Source of the DNA: Candidatus Helarchaeota archaeon
Lineage (GTDB): Archaea > Asgardarchaeota > Lokiarchaeia > Helarchaeales > RDOG01
Direction of reading: 5' to 3'
Length of the DNA: 64,000 bases
Assembly (NCBI GenBank): GCA_019058315.1
Contig: JAHPZH010000003.1
Location: forward strand, 524,451-588,450
Below the pieces are notes generated by a model. The model was not told where the DNA came from. It ran no database searches and saw only the letters and a list, made by a program, of their open reading frames with translations. The translations under genes and the position numbers were made by a program. This document shows, in pieces, positions 9,334 to 20,175 of the stretch. The number at the start of each line of letters is the position of its first letter. Within the stretch, counting starts at the first letter, position 1.

Positions 9334-10770
9334 ATGGTAGGAATTAGATCATATGGGGCTTATCTACCAGCTTATAAACTTGAGCGAAAAGCTATTGGAA
9401 GAGCTTGGGATTTCCCAAAAGCGCCAGGCACGAAATCGATGGCTAATCTAGACGAAGATTCAATAACCATGGGTGTTGCAGCGGCTCTTAAATGCATGGG
9501 AGATATTGATCCTAAAGAATTAGATGGTATATTTTACGCTTCAACCACTCCACCATACGTTGAAAAACAAAATGCATCTACATTAGCTTCAGTGTTAGAT
9601 TGTAGATCAGATATCTTAACTGCTGATTTTTGTAATACATTAAAGGCAGGAACAACAGCTTTACGTTCAGCTTATGATGCAATATCAAATAAGAAAGCCA
9701 AAAATATATTGATTATAGTCTCAGATAGAAGAAACCCAGAACCGGTAAGTATGTGGGAATATCAAATGGCTGATGGGGCTGTAGCTTTATTAGTATCAGA
9801 AGATGATGGGCTTGCTAGAATTGAGGGATATCATTCTGTAAATTATGAGTTAATAGGACCTTGGAGAAAAGAAGGGCAAGACTATGTCCATAGTTTTGAA
9901 GTTAAAGTCGAAGTAAAAATTGCATATGTACAATCAATGACTGCTGCAATAAAGGGACTTATGGAGAAATTTGAACTTACGCCAGAGTCCATCGACAAAG
10001 CAGCATATTATTCACCAGAGCCCAGATATCATGGTGTAGTCGCTAAAAAACTGAAACTTCCGACTAAAGCTATAGTGGATTCAAATTTCTTAGAGATGGG
10101 AAATACTGGATCTCCATTATGTTTTCAATTATTAATCAGTGCATTTGAAAAAGCGAAACCAGATGGAAATATTATTCTCGCAGGATATGGTGATGGTGCA
10201 GATGCTTTTTACTTAGTAGCCACAGAAAAAGCTAAAGAAATGAAAAATGAGAAAGGTAAATTCCAAAAACTAATTAAAAATCAGATACTTATCGAAAATT
10301 ATAATAAATATTTAGAAAATAGATTATTAGTTAAAGGTCGGAATTTCTTTGTTCGTAGATCCAGTCCTGTGACTATGTGGAGAGATCAAAAATCGGTCTA
10401 CCAATTATATGGATTTAAATGCAATAAATGCGGAATGATCCAATATCCAATAATGAACGGTAACTGTATGAATTGTATGAGTGAAGATGTTACTCCTATG
10501 AAAATGAGTCATACAGGTAAAGTCTTTACCTTCAGTTTAGATCATTTAGTCGGTGGAGAATATAAACAAACTCCAGTTCCTAGGTGTGTTGTGGATTTAG
10601 ATGGTGGTGGTAGAATTTTGTTAGATATGACAGATTGTATACCACGTGATACGTATGTCGGTCAAGAAGTTGAATTAACATTTAGAAAATATTCTGAAGG
10701 TGGAGAATTTGATAATTATTATTGGAAATGTCGCCCCATAGAAAGAAAGAAGAAAAAGGAGGCGAGCTAA
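9334..10770 (+). CDS. HMG-CoA-synthase-like (thiolase-fold) domain fused to a DUF35 Zn-ribbon/OB-fold domain; probably non-catalytic thiolase partner
   Basis: MVGIRSYGAYLP, DEDSITMG, GNTGS, GYGDGADA; canonical ACKAG nucleophile reads NTLKAG; C-terminal CNKC...CMNC and OB-fold (GKVFTFS...GQEVELTFR...YYWKCRP). Confidence 0.88.
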   Translation: MVGIRSYGAYLPAYKLERKAIGRAWDFPKAPGTKSMANLDEDSITMGVAAALKCMGDIDPKELDGIFYASTTPPYVEKQNASTLASVLDCRSDILTADFCNTLKAGTTALRSAYDAISNKKAKNILIIVSDRRNPEPVSMWEYQMADGAVALLVSEDDGLARIEGYHSVNYELIGPWRKEGQDYVHSFEVKVEVKIAYVQSMTAAIKGLMEKFELTPESIDKAAYYSPEPRYHGVVAKKLKLPTKAIVDSNFLEMGNTGSPLCFQLLISAFEKAKPDGNIILAGYGDGADAFYLVATEKAKEMKNEKGKFQKLIKNQILIENYNKYLENRLLVKGRNFFVRRSSPVTMWRDQKSVYQLYGFKCNKCGMIQYPIMNGNCMNCMSEDVTPMKMSHTGKVFTFSLDHLVGGEYKQTPVPRCVVDLDGGGRILLDMTDCIPRDTYVGQEVELTFRKYSEGGEFDNYYWKCRPIERKKKKEAS

Positions 10771-11964
10771 TTGGGACATATTAGACATGGTAGTATAAGA
10801 GATAAAATTGCAATTATAGGTGTTGGTTGCACAAAATTTGGTGAATTATGGGATAAGAACCAATATGACTTGTTAAGGGAATCTACATATGCAGCTTTTA
10901 AAGATGCCGGAATTCAAGATCCAAATAAAGAAATCGATGCAATTTGGTGCGGCATACAATATTATTTTACTGGGCTTTCAGGTGGGACTGCTGCGGATGC
11001 TATGAAACTATATGGTAAACCAGTAACAAGAGTAGAGAATTTTTGTGCTTCTGGTATGGACGCATTTAGAAATGCTTGTTACGGAGTGGCATCAGGAGTT
11101 TGTGATATTAATCTCGCATGTGGTGTTGAAAAGTTGATGGATGAGGGAAGTGCAGGGCTTCCAGGCTTTCATGAGTTTGGTCATCCAGTATTACCTATGC
11201 CGTCAGCTCCAGCAATGTTTTGTTTTGCCGCATCTCGTTCTTTTGCAGAATATGGCTGGACAAAAGAAGATCTTGCCAGAGTTGCAGTAAAAAATCATAA
11301 AAATGGAGTTGCTCATCCTAAGGCTCACTTTAGACGCGCAATAACAATAGAAGATGCTTTAAATGCACCAATGATCGCTGAGCCACTTGGTCGTTTTGAT
11401 TGTTGTGCTATGAGTGATGGCAGTGCAGCTTTGATAGTCACGACGCCTGAAATAGCTGAAAGTTACGCCCATGCCAAAGATTATGTAGTGGTAAAAGCAA
11501 ATGCCATCTGCGTTGAAACCAACTTTCCGTGGTATAATCCGAATTATAGTTTTGTGGGTTTTCCATCAACACAAAAGGCTGCAAAATTAGCATATGAAGA
11601 AGCAGGTGTAAAAGACCCCAAAAAAGAAATATCATTAGCCGAAGTTCATGATTGTTTTACTATTACAGAATTAGTTAACTATCAAGATCTATTCTTCTGT
11701 GAACCTGGTGAAGCAGCACAATGGCTCAAAGATGGACATCCGGAAGTGGAAGGTGATTTGCCAGTCAATGCATCAGGAGGATTAAAATGTTTTGGACATC
11801 CCATTGGAGCAACGGGATGTAGAATGCTTCAAGAAGTAACTCGACAATTACAAGGTAGAGCAGAAGGTATGCAAGTCAAAGATCCAGAACTTGGTTTGGC
11901 ACATAATCTTGGTGGTGCCTTTACCGTAGCATCAGTTACAATTTTAGGAAAAGGGCCTCTATAA
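10771..11964 (+). CDS. Thiolase / acetyl-CoA C-acyltransferase (SCP-x/archaeal type)
   Basis: RVENFCASG (catalytic Cys), EVHDCFT, NASGGL, GHPIGATG, LAHNLGG; abuts the upstream gene. Confidence 0.95.
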   Translation: MGHIRHGSIRDKIAIIGVGCTKFGELWDKNQYDLLRESTYAAFKDAGIQDPNKEIDAIWCGIQYYFTGLSGGTAADAMKLYGKPVTRVENFCASGMDAFRNACYGVASGVCDINLACGVEKLMDEGSAGLPGFHEFGHPVLPMPSAPAMFCFAASRSFAEYGWTKEDLARVAVKNHKNGVAHPKAHFRRAITIEDALNAPMIAEPLGRFDCCAMSDGSAALIVTTPEIAESYAHAKDYVVVKANAICVETNFPWYNPNYSFVGFPSTQKAAKLAYEEAGVKDPKKEISLAEVHDCFTITELVNYQDLFFCEPGEAAQWLKDGHPEVEGDLPVNASGGLKCFGHPIGATGCRMLQEVTRQLQGRAEGMQVKDPELGLAHNLGGAFTVASVTILGKGPL

Positions 11965-11991
11965 TCCCCTTATTTTACTTTCCTTTATCCC

Positions 11992-12010
11992 TTTTTTTTA
12001 TTAAAAAAAA
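11992..12010. terminator. Putative bidirectional oligo-T terminator between convergent genes
   Basis: T8-ATT-A8 between the thiolase (+) and acyl-CoA ligase (-) stops. Confidence 0.45.
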
Positions 12011-12022
12011 TAATTATTGTTT

Positions 12023-13717
12023 TTATGATTCTTTTTTTTCTTCCCATTCTCTAAGTTTTCTTCGAAATACTTTGCCTACAGCAGTACGGGGAAGTCTATT
12101 AATGAATTCTACTTTTCTTGGCCATTTATAACCTGCCATACGTTCTTTTGCCCATTCAATGATTTCCTGTTCTGTGATTTTCCCATCACGATATTCTTTT
12201 CTAAGTACAATAAAAGCTTTTATTGTTTCACCAATGACAGGATCCGGAACACCAACCACTCCTACTTCTAGAACTGCTGGGTGTTCATATAATTTTTCTT
12301 CTACCTCTCTAGGCATAACTTTATATCCTTTGTATTTAACCATATCCTTTGTTCGACCTTCAATGTAGAAATAGCCGTCCTCAGCCATTCTTGCTAAGTC
12401 TCCAGTTCTTAACCATCCATCAGATGTAATAGTTTTTGCTGTAGCTTCCGGTTTCTTCCAATATCCTTTCATAATCTGTGGACCCCGAATTAACAACTCC
12501 CCTACTTGATCTAATGGTAATTCTTCTAATGTCGCTGGATCTACAATCTTGGCGTCAGTATCGATTATAGGGACACCAATACTTTCAGCTCTTATTTCGG
12601 GAAGCCATTCTGGTTGTGTATGAGTTATAGGGCTTGCCTCAGTCAACCCATAACCTTGTCCCATTTTTACTCCTGTTACTTCCTCCCATCTACGACTTAT
12701 TTCGGGGGGTAAAGCTGCTGAACCTGATCCCGAGCTTTCTAAGGAGCTTAGATCGCGTTTTGTAAAATCTGGGTGATTTACGAGCATTTGGAACATTACT
12801 GGCACTCCAACAAACCCTCTTAATTTGTATGTCTCAATTGTCTTAAGGATTTCTCCAGCATCAAACGAAGTATACATGATCATCATCGCTGCTGCTGAGA
12901 GTGATATTAATACAACAGTGAAACCGAAAGTATGACATATTGGTAAGACTGTTACACTAGTAATCTTTCCAATTTCTTCTACATATCGATTCTTTGCTAT
13001 CCCCATTGTACATAATGCATCTGCTATAAGATTATTGTGAGTTAACATAACTCCCTTCGGCAATCCGGTGGTTCCTCCCGTATATAAAAGAGCCGCTATG
13101 TCATTTAATGGATCAATTTCAACTTTTGGAGGTTTAGGTTCCTTGTCTTTAACAAAATCTTCAAAAAGTATTGCATCACCTTTTGGTTTTTGGGCACCTA
13201 ACAAAATTACATTTTCAATTTCAACTTTCTCCCTAGCTTTTTTAATTGTCCTATAGTTGTCACTATGACAAAAAACCGTGTTAATATTACCAGCATCTCT
13301 TACTATATGAGCTACATCGGATTCTTTTAGTAATGGATTTATTGGAGTAGCCGCTGCTCCACATTGAGTTATCCCAAAAATTGAAAATATAAATTCTGGA
13401 CGATTGGAAGTCATAATCGCAACTGAACTTCCTTTTTTAACACCTAAATCATTATAAAGACCATTTGAAATCTTATCTGCATATAAAAAGACATCTCGAT
13501 AGGTATATTTCTTATCAGTGGGAACAAAATAAATAGCTACATTATTTGGAAAATCCTCGGCGACTTGCCGAATATAATCATTTATTGAAATTGGATCATA
13601 CTTGATGGTTTTTGGTATATCAGCAGGTTTGTAGCTATTCCAGATTCTATTTGGTCTAACATAAGGGGATTCGTTTTTATAATCGTAAATAGGCTCCCAT
13701 TTTTTTTCTTCACTCAT
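12023..13717 (-). CDS. Long-chain fatty-acid--CoA ligase (AMP-binding family)
   Basis: YTGGTTGLPKG, QGYGLTEASP, GWLRTGDL, PRTAVGKVFRR. Confidence 0.95.
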   Translation of the reverse strand: MSEEKKWEPIYDYKNESPYVRPNRIWNSYKPADIPKTIKYDPISINDYIRQVAEDFPNNVAIYFVPTDKKYTYRDVFLYADKISNGLYNDLGVKKGSSVAIMTSNRPEFIFSIFGITQCGAAATPINPLLKESDVAHIVRDAGNINTVFCHSDNYRTIKKAREKVEIENVILLGAQKPKGDAILFEDFVKDKEPKPPKVEIDPLNDIAALLYTGGTTGLPKGVMLTHNNLIADALCTMGIAKNRYVEEIGKITSVTVLPICHTFGFTVVLISLSAAAMMIMYTSFDAGEILKTIETYKLRGFVGVPVMFQMLVNHPDFTKRDLSSLESSGSGSAALPPEISRRWEEVTGVKMGQGYGLTEASPITHTQPEWLPEIRAESIGVPIIDTDAKIVDPATLEELPLDQVGELLIRGPQIMKGYWKKPEATAKTITSDGWLRTGDLARMAEDGYFYIEGRTKDMVKYKGYKVMPREVEEKLYEHPAVLEVGVVGVPDPVIGETIKAFIVLRKEYRDGKITEQEIIEWAKERMAGYKWPRKVEFINRLPRTAVGKVFRRKLREWEEKKES

Positions 13718-13882
13718 AAAAATACCTCGACTTCTTTTAAATTATTTTAATATTATTTTTATTAATAAATCCACCATTTAATTTGATTTTTTCTTATAAA
13801 AAAGGTTTAAATAATGTCACTTCTTATCTAAGAAATACTAAAAAGAAAATACCTATTTCATAGATTAAAAGAGGGAATCTTA

Positions 13883-15571
13883 GTGAGTAAAAACATTTCG
13901 GAGGAATTTATCCTTAAACATGAAGATATAGTTAGATCAATTTCTGTATCTCCAGATAAAAAATATTTAATCAGTGGTTCTCAAGATAAAACAATTAGAG
14001 TCTGGGAGTTGGAAACTGGAAATCTCGTTCATAATCTTAAAGGTCATACTGGTTGGGTATTAACAGTCGCAGTCTCTCCAAATGGAGAATATATTGTTAG
14101 TGGATCGTCAGACAAAACAATCAAAATTTGGGATCTTGAAACTGGGTTGCTTATCCGCACACTTGAAGGGCATAATCTTTATGTATTCTCCGTTGCAGTT
14201 TCTGAAGAATATATCTTTAGTTCATCTTGGGATAAGACTATTAAAGTCTGGAGTTTAAAAACTGGAAAATTAATACACACAATTAAAGGTCATAAAGATT
14301 GTGTGTATACAATAATTTTATCTCCTGATAATAATTATTTATTGAGTGGATCTTGGGATGCAACAATTAAGATGTGGGAGATAGGCACATGGAAACACAT
14401 CTGTGATTTCACAGGTCACGAGAGTGCTATTTATTCGCTTGCAATAACATCTGATGGAAGATATATCTTTAGTGGATCGGGGGATAATACCATTAAGATG
14501 TGGGATTCTAAGAATAAATTAATTATTCGCACTTTTGAGGCACATACAGATCAAATATATGCTCTTGCGGTTCTACCAGATAATAAAATTATTACTGGTT
14601 CGGCAGATAAAAGCATTTGGATTTGGAATTATTTAAATGGTTGGGCACTCGGGAAACTTACAGGATACTCAGCAATTTATTCTCTTGCAGCTCCAGGGAA
14701 ATATATTATTTGTGCATTCGAAGATAAAACAATTAAAGTATGGAATACAGATAAATTTCAAGAAGGAATCTCAATTGAAGAATTGATTAAATCACATTTC
14801 AAATTCGGACGAAGTACAGGCTATGATCTATTTAGTAAAGGTGCTTATTATCAGAATGTAGGAGATTACGTAAAAGCAATTGATTACTTTAAAAGAGCTC
14901 TTGAATATGAAATGCAAAATAGCGAAGTTTGGAATAGATTAGGAATATGTTATAGTTCTATGGGCAAGATAAAAGAAGCTATAGATTCTTTTCAAAATGC
15001 AATAAAAATTAATTCCAATGATAGTTCAATATGGATCAATATGGGTATAGCATATAGTATAACGGATAATAATAAGGCCATCGAATGCTTTCAAGAAGCT
15101 GTTAAAATTAACCCATATAATAGATTGGGTTGGTATATTATGGGATTGACTTATTTCCTTTCGGGTTCCGCTTTAGAATCTATTGATCCATTTAAAAAAG
15201 TTATAGAAATTAACCCTAATGGACTTTTTCCGTGGTATCATATTGGACTTGCACTCGCTTTTGTAGAAAAATTTGAAAAAGCAATCGAATGGTTGCAAAA
15301 AGCTATTAAAAATGATTCTTCGAATTATAAAGCTTGGATACTAATGGGAATATGTTATACCGAGTTAAAGAAAAAAGATGAAGCTATGAATTGTTATGAA
15401 AAAGCTATTAATCTATTAGAAAGTCATCTGCAAGTATTTCCTTATGATAGTGATGCGAGAATTTTCTTAAATTGGGCAAGATATAAAACAAATGTTAGTA
15501 AATATAAGTCAGAAATGCTAAAAAAGGAGAAAGAGAAAGCTAGAGAGAATATAAAAAGTTATTACTCTTAA
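13883..15571 (+). CDS. WD40 beta-propeller + TPR repeat protein
   Basis: About 7 GH...SGSxDxTI(K/R)xW repeats followed by a TPR array (W/Y..LG..Y...G....AI..F..A..INP). Confidence 0.95.
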   Translation: MSKNISEEFILKHEDIVRSISVSPDKKYLISGSQDKTIRVWELETGNLVHNLKGHTGWVLTVAVSPNGEYIVSGSSDKTIKIWDLETGLLIRTLEGHNLYVFSVAVSEEYIFSSSWDKTIKVWSLKTGKLIHTIKGHKDCVYTIILSPDNNYLLSGSWDATIKMWEIGTWKHICDFTGHESAIYSLAITSDGRYIFSGSGDNTIKMWDSKNKLIIRTFEAHTDQIYALAVLPDNKIITGSADKSIWIWNYLNGWALGKLTGYSAIYSLAAPGKYIICAFEDKTIKVWNTDKFQEGISIEELIKSHFKFGRSTGYDLFSKGAYYQNVGDYVKAIDYFKRALEYEMQNSEVWNRLGICYSSMGKIKEAIDSFQNAIKINSNDSSIWINMGIAYSITDNNKAIECFQEAVKINPYNRLGWYIMGLTYFLSGSALESIDPFKKVIEINPNGLFPWYHIGLALAFVEKFEKAIEWLQKAIKNDSSNYKAWILMGICYTELKKKDEAMNCYEKAINLLESHLQVFPYDSDARIFLNWARYKTNVSKYKSEMLKKEKEKARENIKSYYS

Positions 15572-15597
15572 AAAAATATTAAAAAATCATTATTTTT

Positions 15598-17256
15598 TTA
15601 AATTTTCTCCTTATCTCTTAATTTTCTTCGAAGTATTTTTCCAACTGCACTTTTTGGGAAAGATCCTACAAATTCTACTTTTCTAGGATATTTGTAGGCG
15701 GCAAGTTCTTCACGTGACCAATCAATAATTTCTTTTTCAGTAATTTTTCCTTTGTATTCACTATTTAATCGGATAAATGCTTTAATAGTTTCACCTGCAA
15801 CGGGATCTGGAATCCCTACGACGGATACTTCTTCAATAGCAGGGTGTTCGTATAAAACTTCTTCTACTTCGCGTGGATAAACCGAATGTCCTTTATATTT
15901 AATAAGATCTTTCATTCTATCCAGAAGATAAATATATCCTTCTTCATCTAACTTACCATAATCTCCTGTTTTTAACCATATCATTCCACCAGCTTCAAAT
16001 AAGACTCCCTTTGTTTTTTCAGGTCTTTTATAATAACCCTTCATTACTTGCGGTCCACTTACAACAAGTTCTCCCTCTTTTCCAACAGGTAGAAAATTAT
16101 TATCTTCATCTATAATTCCAACATACGTATTTGGTATGGGAAATCCACAAGATCCTAGTTTTTTCTTTCCAAAAGGTGCATTTATACAAACAACAGGTGA
16201 TGCCTCTGTAAGCCCATACCCTTCTGCCATACGCCATCCTGTTATATTTTCCCATTTTTTTGCCAATTCTACAGGTAAAGCACCAGCACCAACATTTGCA
16301 AGTTGAAATTGTGACATATTAACTTTCTTTTCCTTGACTAGTGGATGATTCATAAGAGTTATAAACATTGTAGTAACACCTTGCATTCCTACGGCATCCT
16401 GATTAAATTTCTCCAATACTTCTTCTGGATTAAAAGTTGGAAATAAATAAGATTTAGCCCCAACTAATGAATTTAGCGCCAATTCGCAAGTTTGTCCATA
16501 AATATGATACCAAGGTAAGACACTGACCATTACTTGTCGTTCCCATTTATAAAATTCCTTTAAATGATTTACATATGGTACTAATTGATGCGCATTTGCA
16601 ACAACATTTCTATGTGTTAACATAGCACCTTTTGGATCTCCTGTTGTACCTCCTGTATATTGAATTATAGCAAGATCATCAGGATTTATATCTACTTTTG
16701 GTGGTTCCGGAGGATTGTTCATTATTGTATCAAAATGATAGATTCCATTTTCAGGATCTTCAGGTTTTTTTATTTCTTTACCCTCAACATTCACTAGAAT
16801 TATATTTTTAAGATTTGTTTCAGCTCTTATCTTTTTAACATGTCGGAAAAATCTATCTAATACTATTATTGTTGTAGCCCCACTATCATTTACTTGGTAT
16901 TTTACTTCCCGTCCAACAAAAAGTGGACTAATAGCTGTCAAATAAGCCCCAGTCGTAAGAATTCCAAAGTAACTGAAAATGAAATGAGGACAATTAGGAA
17001 GAAAAATAGCAACTATATCACCTTTCTTTATTCCTAATTTTGCAAGACCTGTAGCAACTCTTTTTGATAAATCAACTATCTGGTTAGCAGAAAATTCTCG
17101 TCCAAAATAGTCAATAACTATATTGTCACCGAATTTTTTTGCTGTATTTTCACCCATTTCGGGAATAGTCATGTCTGGAATTTCAACCCATTTGTCAAAA
17201 CCTGGTGGTGCATATTTCATCCAGTATTTGTCTTTAATTTCTTGAGGAATATCCAT
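15598..17256 (-). CDS. Long-chain fatty-acid--CoA ligase
   Basis: QYTGGTTGDPKG, EGYGLTEASP, WLKTGD, PKSAVGKILRR. Confidence 0.95.
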   Translation of the reverse strand: MDIPQEIKDKYWMKYAPPGFDKWVEIPDMTIPEMGENTAKKFGDNIVIDYFGREFSANQIVDLSKRVATGLAKLGIKKGDIVAIFLPNCPHFIFSYFGILTTGAYLTAISPLFVGREVKYQVNDSGATTIIVLDRFFRHVKKIRAETNLKNIILVNVEGKEIKKPEDPENGIYHFDTIMNNPPEPPKVDINPDDLAIIQYTGGTTGDPKGAMLTHRNVVANAHQLVPYVNHLKEFYKWERQVMVSVLPWYHIYGQTCELALNSLVGAKSYLFPTFNPEEVLEKFNQDAVGMQGVTTMFITLMNHPLVKEKKVNMSQFQLANVGAGALPVELAKKWENITGWRMAEGYGLTEASPVVCINAPFGKKKLGSCGFPIPNTYVGIIDEDNNFLPVGKEGELVVSGPQVMKGYYKRPEKTKGVLFEAGGMIWLKTGDYGKLDEEGYIYLLDRMKDLIKYKGHSVYPREVEEVLYEHPAIEEVSVVGIPDPVAGETIKAFIRLNSEYKGKITEKEIIDWSREELAAYKYPRKVEFVGSFPKSAVGKILRRKLRDKEKI

Positions 17257-17402
17257 TTAACTTCCACTTCCTTAAATTCAATTCTTTAGATTTTATTATT
17301 TTTAATTTATTTTTATTATTTTAAAAAAGGTTATTGTTATATAAGAAGAGAAAAAAATGCTCTTTATATTTTTTAATATTAATAGAGGGATATTACGTTT
17401 AT

Positions 17403-18608
17403 TTATAATGCTCTTAAAATCAAATCTGTAATATCGATAATTTCTAGCGATTCTTTATTCATTTCAGTAGCAGCAGCAGTTAAGTTATTCAAACAAAATG
17501 GACAAGCTGATGTAACTATTTTTGCATTTGTATCAATTGCTTCATCAATTCTAACTTTAGCAATTTCTAATGCTAATTCTGGAAAACTGCTTTTAACACC
17601 TCCACCTGCTCCACAGCACCAAGCATTTTCCCTATTTCTTTTCATTTCGATAAGCTGTAATCCAGGTATTAATTGAAGGATATTTCTAGGAGCATCATAT
17701 AAATTAGAAGAACGACCAAGATGGCAAGGATCGTGATATGTTACAATTTCATTAATTTCATTTTCAAATTTCAATTTTCCATTTTTTATTAGTTGTTCAA
17801 TGAATTCTGTGATGTGTAGAACTTCAAAAGGTAATTCCCCAACAAGATCAGGATAATCATTTTTTAGCGTTTTATAACACCCAGCACAGTGGGTTATTAT
17901 TAATTTCGCCCCGGAATTTTTTATAGCCTCAACATTTTTATATGCTAATTCTTTTGCTAAGGTTTTTTTACCAATCCTTAATGCTACACTACCACAGCAT
18001 TTTTCATTTTCACCAAGGATGCCGAATTCAACATTTGCTTTCTTTAATATTTTAATTACATTTTTTGTAATCCTTTGTGATCTGTAACTTTCTGTACATC
18101 CAATATAAAATATGATATCTGCTTTATTTGGGATTCTTTCACCTTTCAGCCAATTTAAACGATCACTATGTTTTTCCATATAGGGATTATTTTCTTCTTG
18201 ACACCAATCTAAAATTTCTTTATGTCTTGGTAAAATAAAACCATTCTCAACTAGATCTTCTCGAAATGCTTCCCAAACTGTCACATGATCTAACCAATAA
18301 GAGTTTGGTAGGTTAATACAAGGATCATAACTGTTATGGCAGATTGCTTTACAAGAACCACAAGTAGTACATTGGTAGAAACATTCTGCAATTTCCTCAG
18401 TTAATTCTAGGGTTCCCTCGAGGAGACCTTCCAGTACCCTAAACTTTCCTCTTGCGGTTGATGGTTCAAAACCAGCAGTATGTTCATAGATCGGACAGAC
18501 ACCGAACCTTCCTACTCCCGGGCGATGTCCAATTCTACAATCACCAACACCCATACATGAATGGATCATTTTTTCATATTTCTTTAAATTAGTCAATTTA
18601 ACCTTCAA
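17403..18608 (-). CDS. (Fe-S)-binding protein, GlcF/GlpC/HdrD-like with CCG domains
   Basis: CTTCGSCKAIC ferredoxin-type motif; EKCCGS, HCAGC, YHDPCHLGR, WCCGAGGG, SACPFC. Confidence 0.93.
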   Translation of the reverse strand: MKVKLTNLKKYEKMIHSCMGVGDCRIGHRPGVGRFGVCPIYEHTAGFEPSTARGKFRVLEGLLEGTLELTEEIAECFYQCTTCGSCKAICHNSYDPCINLPNSYWLDHVTVWEAFREDLVENGFILPRHKEILDWCQEENNPYMEKHSDRLNWLKGERIPNKADIIFYIGCTESYRSQRITKNVIKILKKANVEFGILGENEKCCGSVALRIGKKTLAKELAYKNVEAIKNSGAKLIITHCAGCYKTLKNDYPDLVGELPFEVLHITEFIEQLIKNGKLKFENEINEIVTYHDPCHLGRSSNLYDAPRNILQLIPGLQLIEMKRNRENAWCCGAGGGVKSSFPELALEIAKVRIDEAIDTNAKIVTSACPFCLNNLTAAATEMNKESLEIIDITDLILRAL

Positions 18609-20165
18609 ATTATCTCACTCACTATACATTCCTAAATTATATTTTCCCGGAGAAAGGATTCCTCGTGGATCTAAAGTTTGTTTAATATTTCTCAAAAAAT
18701 TAAGAAATTGTCCTGAAAATCCTCCTGTTCTTATTAAAGATCTTGAATATCTCAATCCAGTCATATATGGCATAACACCCAATTTAATAGCAGCATCCAT
18801 AAAGCTATCCCATAATTCTCCATTTAATTTTCTATATTCGGGTTTATTCCATACTATTAAACCTATAGGAAACGATATAGTTGTGTGGTCACATAAACTA
18901 ATCATTCCCCCAGTTGCAGGAAAGGCCTTAACAGCTTGTAGTTTTTCACTATTTTCAAGTGTCCATTTAGATAAACCCTTTGTTAATTCTGGGTAGTTAT
19001 GCATAGCTATTCTACATTCTGCTGATTGTCCGGTACTTTCTGGCCCTAATGCCCCCCATATATGATGTGAAACTTGCCAATATTCGTTTTTATCATTATC
19101 CCATTTAAATATCTTTTTTTGGGCATCAATAGACTCAACACCTTTTTCTGCTAATGAAATCTCTTCTATTATCTTTGAATTTTCTTCTATAATATTTTCA
19201 TTCTCGCCTATTAATTTGTATTCTAGCATAGACCTTCCTTTTGGGTTGATACTTTTCATATTTTCATCTATGGGAGGGAGATCAGGGAGAATTTTAATTA
19301 TAGAAGCCTGAACTAATGGGGAATCCATGAACTCGGCTCTAAAAATCCCTAAGTATCCTTTTTTACGACAATTAAATAAAATTTTAAGTGCTACTTCTGC
19401 GGACTTTCTTCTTAATGTAAAAGACATGTGAGATCGGAATTTAGGCTTTGAGTAAATTTTTAAAATTGCCTCAGTTTTAATTCCCATTATTCCATTATCA
19501 CCTAAAAAGATACCTAAAAGGTCAGATACGAACCCAAACCTATTAAACGGGTTTTTTACATATTTACATTCGCCAGAGCCAGTTTCTATAATATCACCAT
19601 TTTTATTTGGTAATACAACCTTTAATCCTATACAATTCTTCGTTACAGGCCCATATATTGCAATACCCTCTCCATAACTATTATTGCTCAATCCTCCTCC
19701 TACGACAGCTGACATTCCACTATTAGGCCCCACGTTTCCAGTGTAATACCCTTTTTCCATTAAGAAAGTATTTAATTCTGCCCAAGTTATTCCACATTGG
19801 ACTCTAACAGTTAGATGGTCTTCATCGAGATTCAATATTTTATTCATTCTTGTTGTATCGATCACAATACCTCCAGGTTTATACGGGATAGCTCCTTGCT
19901 GAAGTCCAGCACCTCCACCTCTTGGAATTATTGGAATTCTCTCACTATATGCAATCTTAACAATCTCAGAGATTTCCTCTGAATTTTCCGGGCGTACAAC
20001 AAAGTCTGGGAGATTATCTTCAATAACGGAATTCATAGATCTTGAATAACTCTTTCTAATGTAATCTGCGTTAGAAACATATTTACTACTGACAATATCT
20101 CTTAAGGAATTGAGAATATTCATGTTTATCTCCGATTTATAAAACATTTGGTTTGTTAAACATTT
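18578..20165. repeat. Tandem duplication, copy A (partner 20196..21783, offset 1618 bp)
   Basis: Direct nucleotide comparison: long identical tracts; the unit includes the FAD-oxidoreductase gene, its upstream region and the first codons of the Fe-S gene. Confidence 0.97.
18615..20123 (-). CDS. FAD-binding oxidoreductase, GlcD/VAO-type (copy A); start revised to ATG 20123
   Basis: PDFVVRPENSEEI, IIPRGGGAGL, GDNGIMGIKTEA, KQTLDPRGILSPGK; GGAG upstream of ATG 20123, which matches ATG 21741 of copy B. Confidence 0.92.
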   Translation of the reverse strand: MNILNSLRDIVSSKYVSNADYIRKSYSRSMNSVIEDNLPDFVVRPENSEEISEIVKIAYSERIPIIPRGGGAGLQQGAIPYKPGGIVIDTTRMNKILNLDEDHLTVRVQCGITWAELNTFLMEKGYYTGNVGPNSGMSAVVGGGLSNNSYGEGIAIYGPVTKNCIGLKVVLPNKNGDIIETGSGECKYVKNPFNRFGFVSDLLGIFLGDNGIMGIKTEAILKIYSKPKFRSHMSFTLRRKSAEVALKILFNCRKKGYLGIFRAEFMDSPLVQASIIKILPDLPPIDENMKSINPKGRSMLEYKLIGENENIIEENSKIIEEISLAEKGVESIDAQKKIFKWDNDKNEYWQVSHHIWGALGPESTGQSAECRIAMHNYPELTKGLSKWTLENSEKLQAVKAFPATGGMISLCDHTTISFPIGLIVWNKPEYRKLNGELWDSFMDAAIKLGVMPYMTGLRYSRSLIRTGGFSGQFLNFLRNIKQTLDPRGILSPGKYNLGMYSE

Positions 20166-20175
20166 AAAAATCTAT

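Noticed and set aside
9334-10770. Mevalonate-pathway HMG-CoA synthase
   Set aside because: Catalytic Cys/His motifs are not conserved
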